Below, piece by piece: positions 30,338 to 32,000 of a stretch of DNA of 32,000 nt. This DNA comes from Mucisphaera calidilacus (GTDB taxonomy: Bacteria > Planctomycetota > Phycisphaerae > Phycisphaerales > Phycisphaeraceae). The notes below the pieces were generated by a model, which saw only the letters and a program-made list of their open reading frames with translations, was not told the origin of the DNA and did not search any database. The position numbers and the translations under genes are program-made. The stretch is taken from contig NZ_CP036280.1 of the NCBI RefSeq assembly GCF_007748075.1, forward strand, positions 930,001-962,000, read 5' to 3'. How positions within the stretch are numbered: position 1 is the stretch's first letter; every line of letters starts with the position of its first letter.

Positions 30338-31858
30338 ATGGATCAGCCGAACACCGAGCAACCACGCGTCGAAGCGATTGGCTCGCGTGTGCGCGGCGGG
30401 GCGGTGATCCTCCTCGCCGGCCGCCTGATGGCCGGGGGTTTTGGCACGCTGGTGAGGATGGTGATCCTGGCGAACCTGCTGGGGCCTGATGAGTTCGGTC
30501 TCTTCGGCGCAGCGCTTCTCGCGGTCGGCCTGCTGGAGGTCTTCACGCAGTCGGGCCTGCGTCACGCGGTGATCCAGACGGATGATGTGAGTCGGGACAC
30601 GCTCGATACCGCCTGGACCATCCAGGTGCTGCGTGGCTTGCTGCTGGGGCTGTTGCTGCTGGTGGCGGCGCCGTGGCTGGCGATGTTGACGGACCGCCCG
30701 GAAGCGGCTGCGCCGATCCGAGGCCTCGCGCTGGTTCCCGTGCTGATGGGGCTCTCGAGCATCGGCATCAACTTTCTGGAACGCCGGCTTCAGTATGGCC
30801 GCTACGTCGTCCTGACTGCTGGTATCTCGCTGATTGAGCTCGTTGTCAGTGTCTTGTACGCCCTTTACAGCCCGACCGTCTGGGCGCTGGTCGTCGGCCG
30901 TATTGCAGCGACCGCGATGCGTCTGATCCTTTCTTACTTCCTCTGCGACACGCACGCGTGGTTCGGGTTCAAGCTGGGCAAGGCCAAGGCTCTGTTTTCC
31001 TACGGCATCTGGATTCTTGTCTCGGGGCTGATCGCCTACGCCCTGATCAAGGGCGGCGACTACGTGGTTCTCCACTGGCTGACCGAGAGTGATTTCGGTC
31101 TTTACTTCCTTGCTTACCAGCTGGCGACGCTCCCCATCATGCAGGTTGTCCAGACCGTGGACGCGGTGACCTTCTCGGGGTACAGCCGGCTCAAGAACGA
31201 GATCCCGCGGCTGCGTGAAGCCTTTCTCAAGTCTTTCCTGGTGATCGCGACGGTCAGTTTCTTCCTCTGTTCGATGGTGATCGCGGTTGCCTACCCGTTC
31301 GAGCGGCTGTTTTTGAGCGATGCTTACACGGGGATCAGCCGGCTGATCGAGATTCTCGCGATCTGGGGGCTTTCGCGCGGGCTGGGAGCCGCGAACAACT
31401 CGCTCTTCCTGGCGGTCGGTCGTCCTGCGCTCGCCTCCATCTTCCAGGCTGTCATGCTCGTGCTCTTCGCCGCTGCGGCCATACCGGCTGTCACCACCTA
31501 TGGTCTGGAAGGGATCTGCTGGACGCTGGCGTGTGTCGGTGCGGTTGTCCAGCCGATGCGCTATCCCCTGACGGCGAGAGACCTGCAGATGTCATCGTGG
31601 AAGATCTATCTGCGTGTCGCGGTGCCGTTATCGGCGGCTGTGGCGGCGGTTGCCGCGGCGAAGGCTCTGGCGTGGGTGATGCCCGGCTGGAACCCGTGGT
31701 TGCACCTCTTCCTGGACCCCCTCGCCGGGACGATCGGTTTTGCCGCGGTCATGATGCTGTGGATGGCCAACCGCGAACTCGACCTGAAGCGGGTTCTGAC
31801 CGAACTCATTCCTGTGAGGTACCAGATCTGGAGGGCCATCGGTGTTGGGACTGGTTAG
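30338..31858 (+). CDS. polysaccharide/oligosaccharide flippase (Wzx-like, MOP superfamily)
   Basis: The track ORF starts at 30068 inside the GT2 gene. I trimmed it to the ATG at 30338 (GAGAGG upstream), giving 506 aa; an alternative in-frame ATG is at 30272. Many TM segments, and the N-terminus GRLMAGGFGTLVRMVILANLLGPDEFGLFGAALL is typical of polysaccharide biosynthesis (Wzx/RfbX) proteins. Confidence 0.8.
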   Translation: MDQPNTEQPRVEAIGSRVRGGAVILLAGRLMAGGFGTLVRMVILANLLGPDEFGLFGAALLAVGLLEVFTQSGLRHAVIQTDDVSRDTLDTAWTIQVLRGLLLGLLLLVAAPWLAMLTDRPEAAAPIRGLALVPVLMGLSSIGINFLERRLQYGRYVVLTAGISLIELVVSVLYALYSPTVWALVVGRIAATAMRLILSYFLCDTHAWFGFKLGKAKALFSYGIWILVSGLIAYALIKGGDYVVLHWLTESDFGLYFLAYQLATLPIMQVVQTVDAVTFSGYSRLKNEIPRLREAFLKSFLVIATVSFFLCSMVIAVAYPFERLFLSDAYTGISRLIEILAIWGLSRGLGAANNSLFLAVGRPALASIFQAVMLVLFAAAAIPAVTTYGLEGICWTLACVGAVVQPMRYPLTARDLQMSSWKIYLRVAVPLSAAVAAVAAAKALAWVMPGWNPWLHLFLDPLAGTIGFAAVMMLWMANRELDLKRVLTELIPVRYQIWRAIGVGTG

Positions 31859-31862
31859 ACGC

Positions 31863-32000
31863 ATGCTGCCTCGGGGACTCAAGCTGTGGGCGTTCGAGCG
31901 TGTGGTGCGTTCGCCCGTTCTCTCGCGCTGCTATTACCTGTTCAGCGGCGCGTTCTCGCGCGAGTACGCGGCGGTGCTCTACGGCCGGCTCCAGCACGTC
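31863..32000 (+). CDS. 5' end of a CDS running off the window, function unknown, probably part of the polysaccharide cluster
   Basis: The ATG at 31863 lies 4 nt after the flippase stop. 46 codons stay open to the window edge with strong G/C third-position bias (MLPRGLKLWAFERVVRSPVLSRCYYLFSGAFSREYAAVLYGRLQHV). Not in the track because it is truncated. Confidence 0.5.
   Translation, partial: MLPRGLKLWAFERVVRSPVLSRCYYLFSGAFSREYAAVLYGRLQHV

Overview
GC-rich bacterial chromosomal window (roughly two-thirds G+C by eye, not computed). Genes are densely packed and most start codons are clear. A prepilin-type/DUF1559-like protein suggests a PVC-group organism such as Planctomycetota, but this is inference only. 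Most of the window is housekeeping or transport. It holds coaD, two tRNA-Leu genes, a type I-beta DAHP synthase and a co-directional minus-strand string (aspartate kinase, AEC permease, two unknowns, UbiX, UbiA-like prenyltransferase). It also holds an FAD oxidoreductase, a sugar ABC importer (binding protein plus two permeases, no ATPase) and an ATGA-coupled trio of aldo/keto reductase, PQQ sugar dehydrogenase and pilin-like protein. The accessory content has four parts. (1) A two-partner-secretion locus: a 707-aa TpsB-like transporter and a ~2,720-aa TpsA exoprotein with eight tandem 429-nt units whose central copies differ only at synonymous sites. (2) A ParE-like toxin/antitoxin pair with atypical codon usage. 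(3) A GT2 glycosyltransferase divergent from a Wzx-like flippase. (4) A 23-codon ORF with 7 aromatic codons out of 9, followed by a terminator with an alternative antiterminator pairing, directly upstream of DAHP synthase; I consider this candidate aromatic-amino-acid attenuator the most interesting signal. A perfect 14-bp LacI-family-type palindrome sits in the promoter of the sugar ABC operon, with no cognate regulator gene in the window. No CRISPR array, rRNA, transposase or integrase was seen. All calls rest on reading the sequence and the supplied translations; no database search was run.
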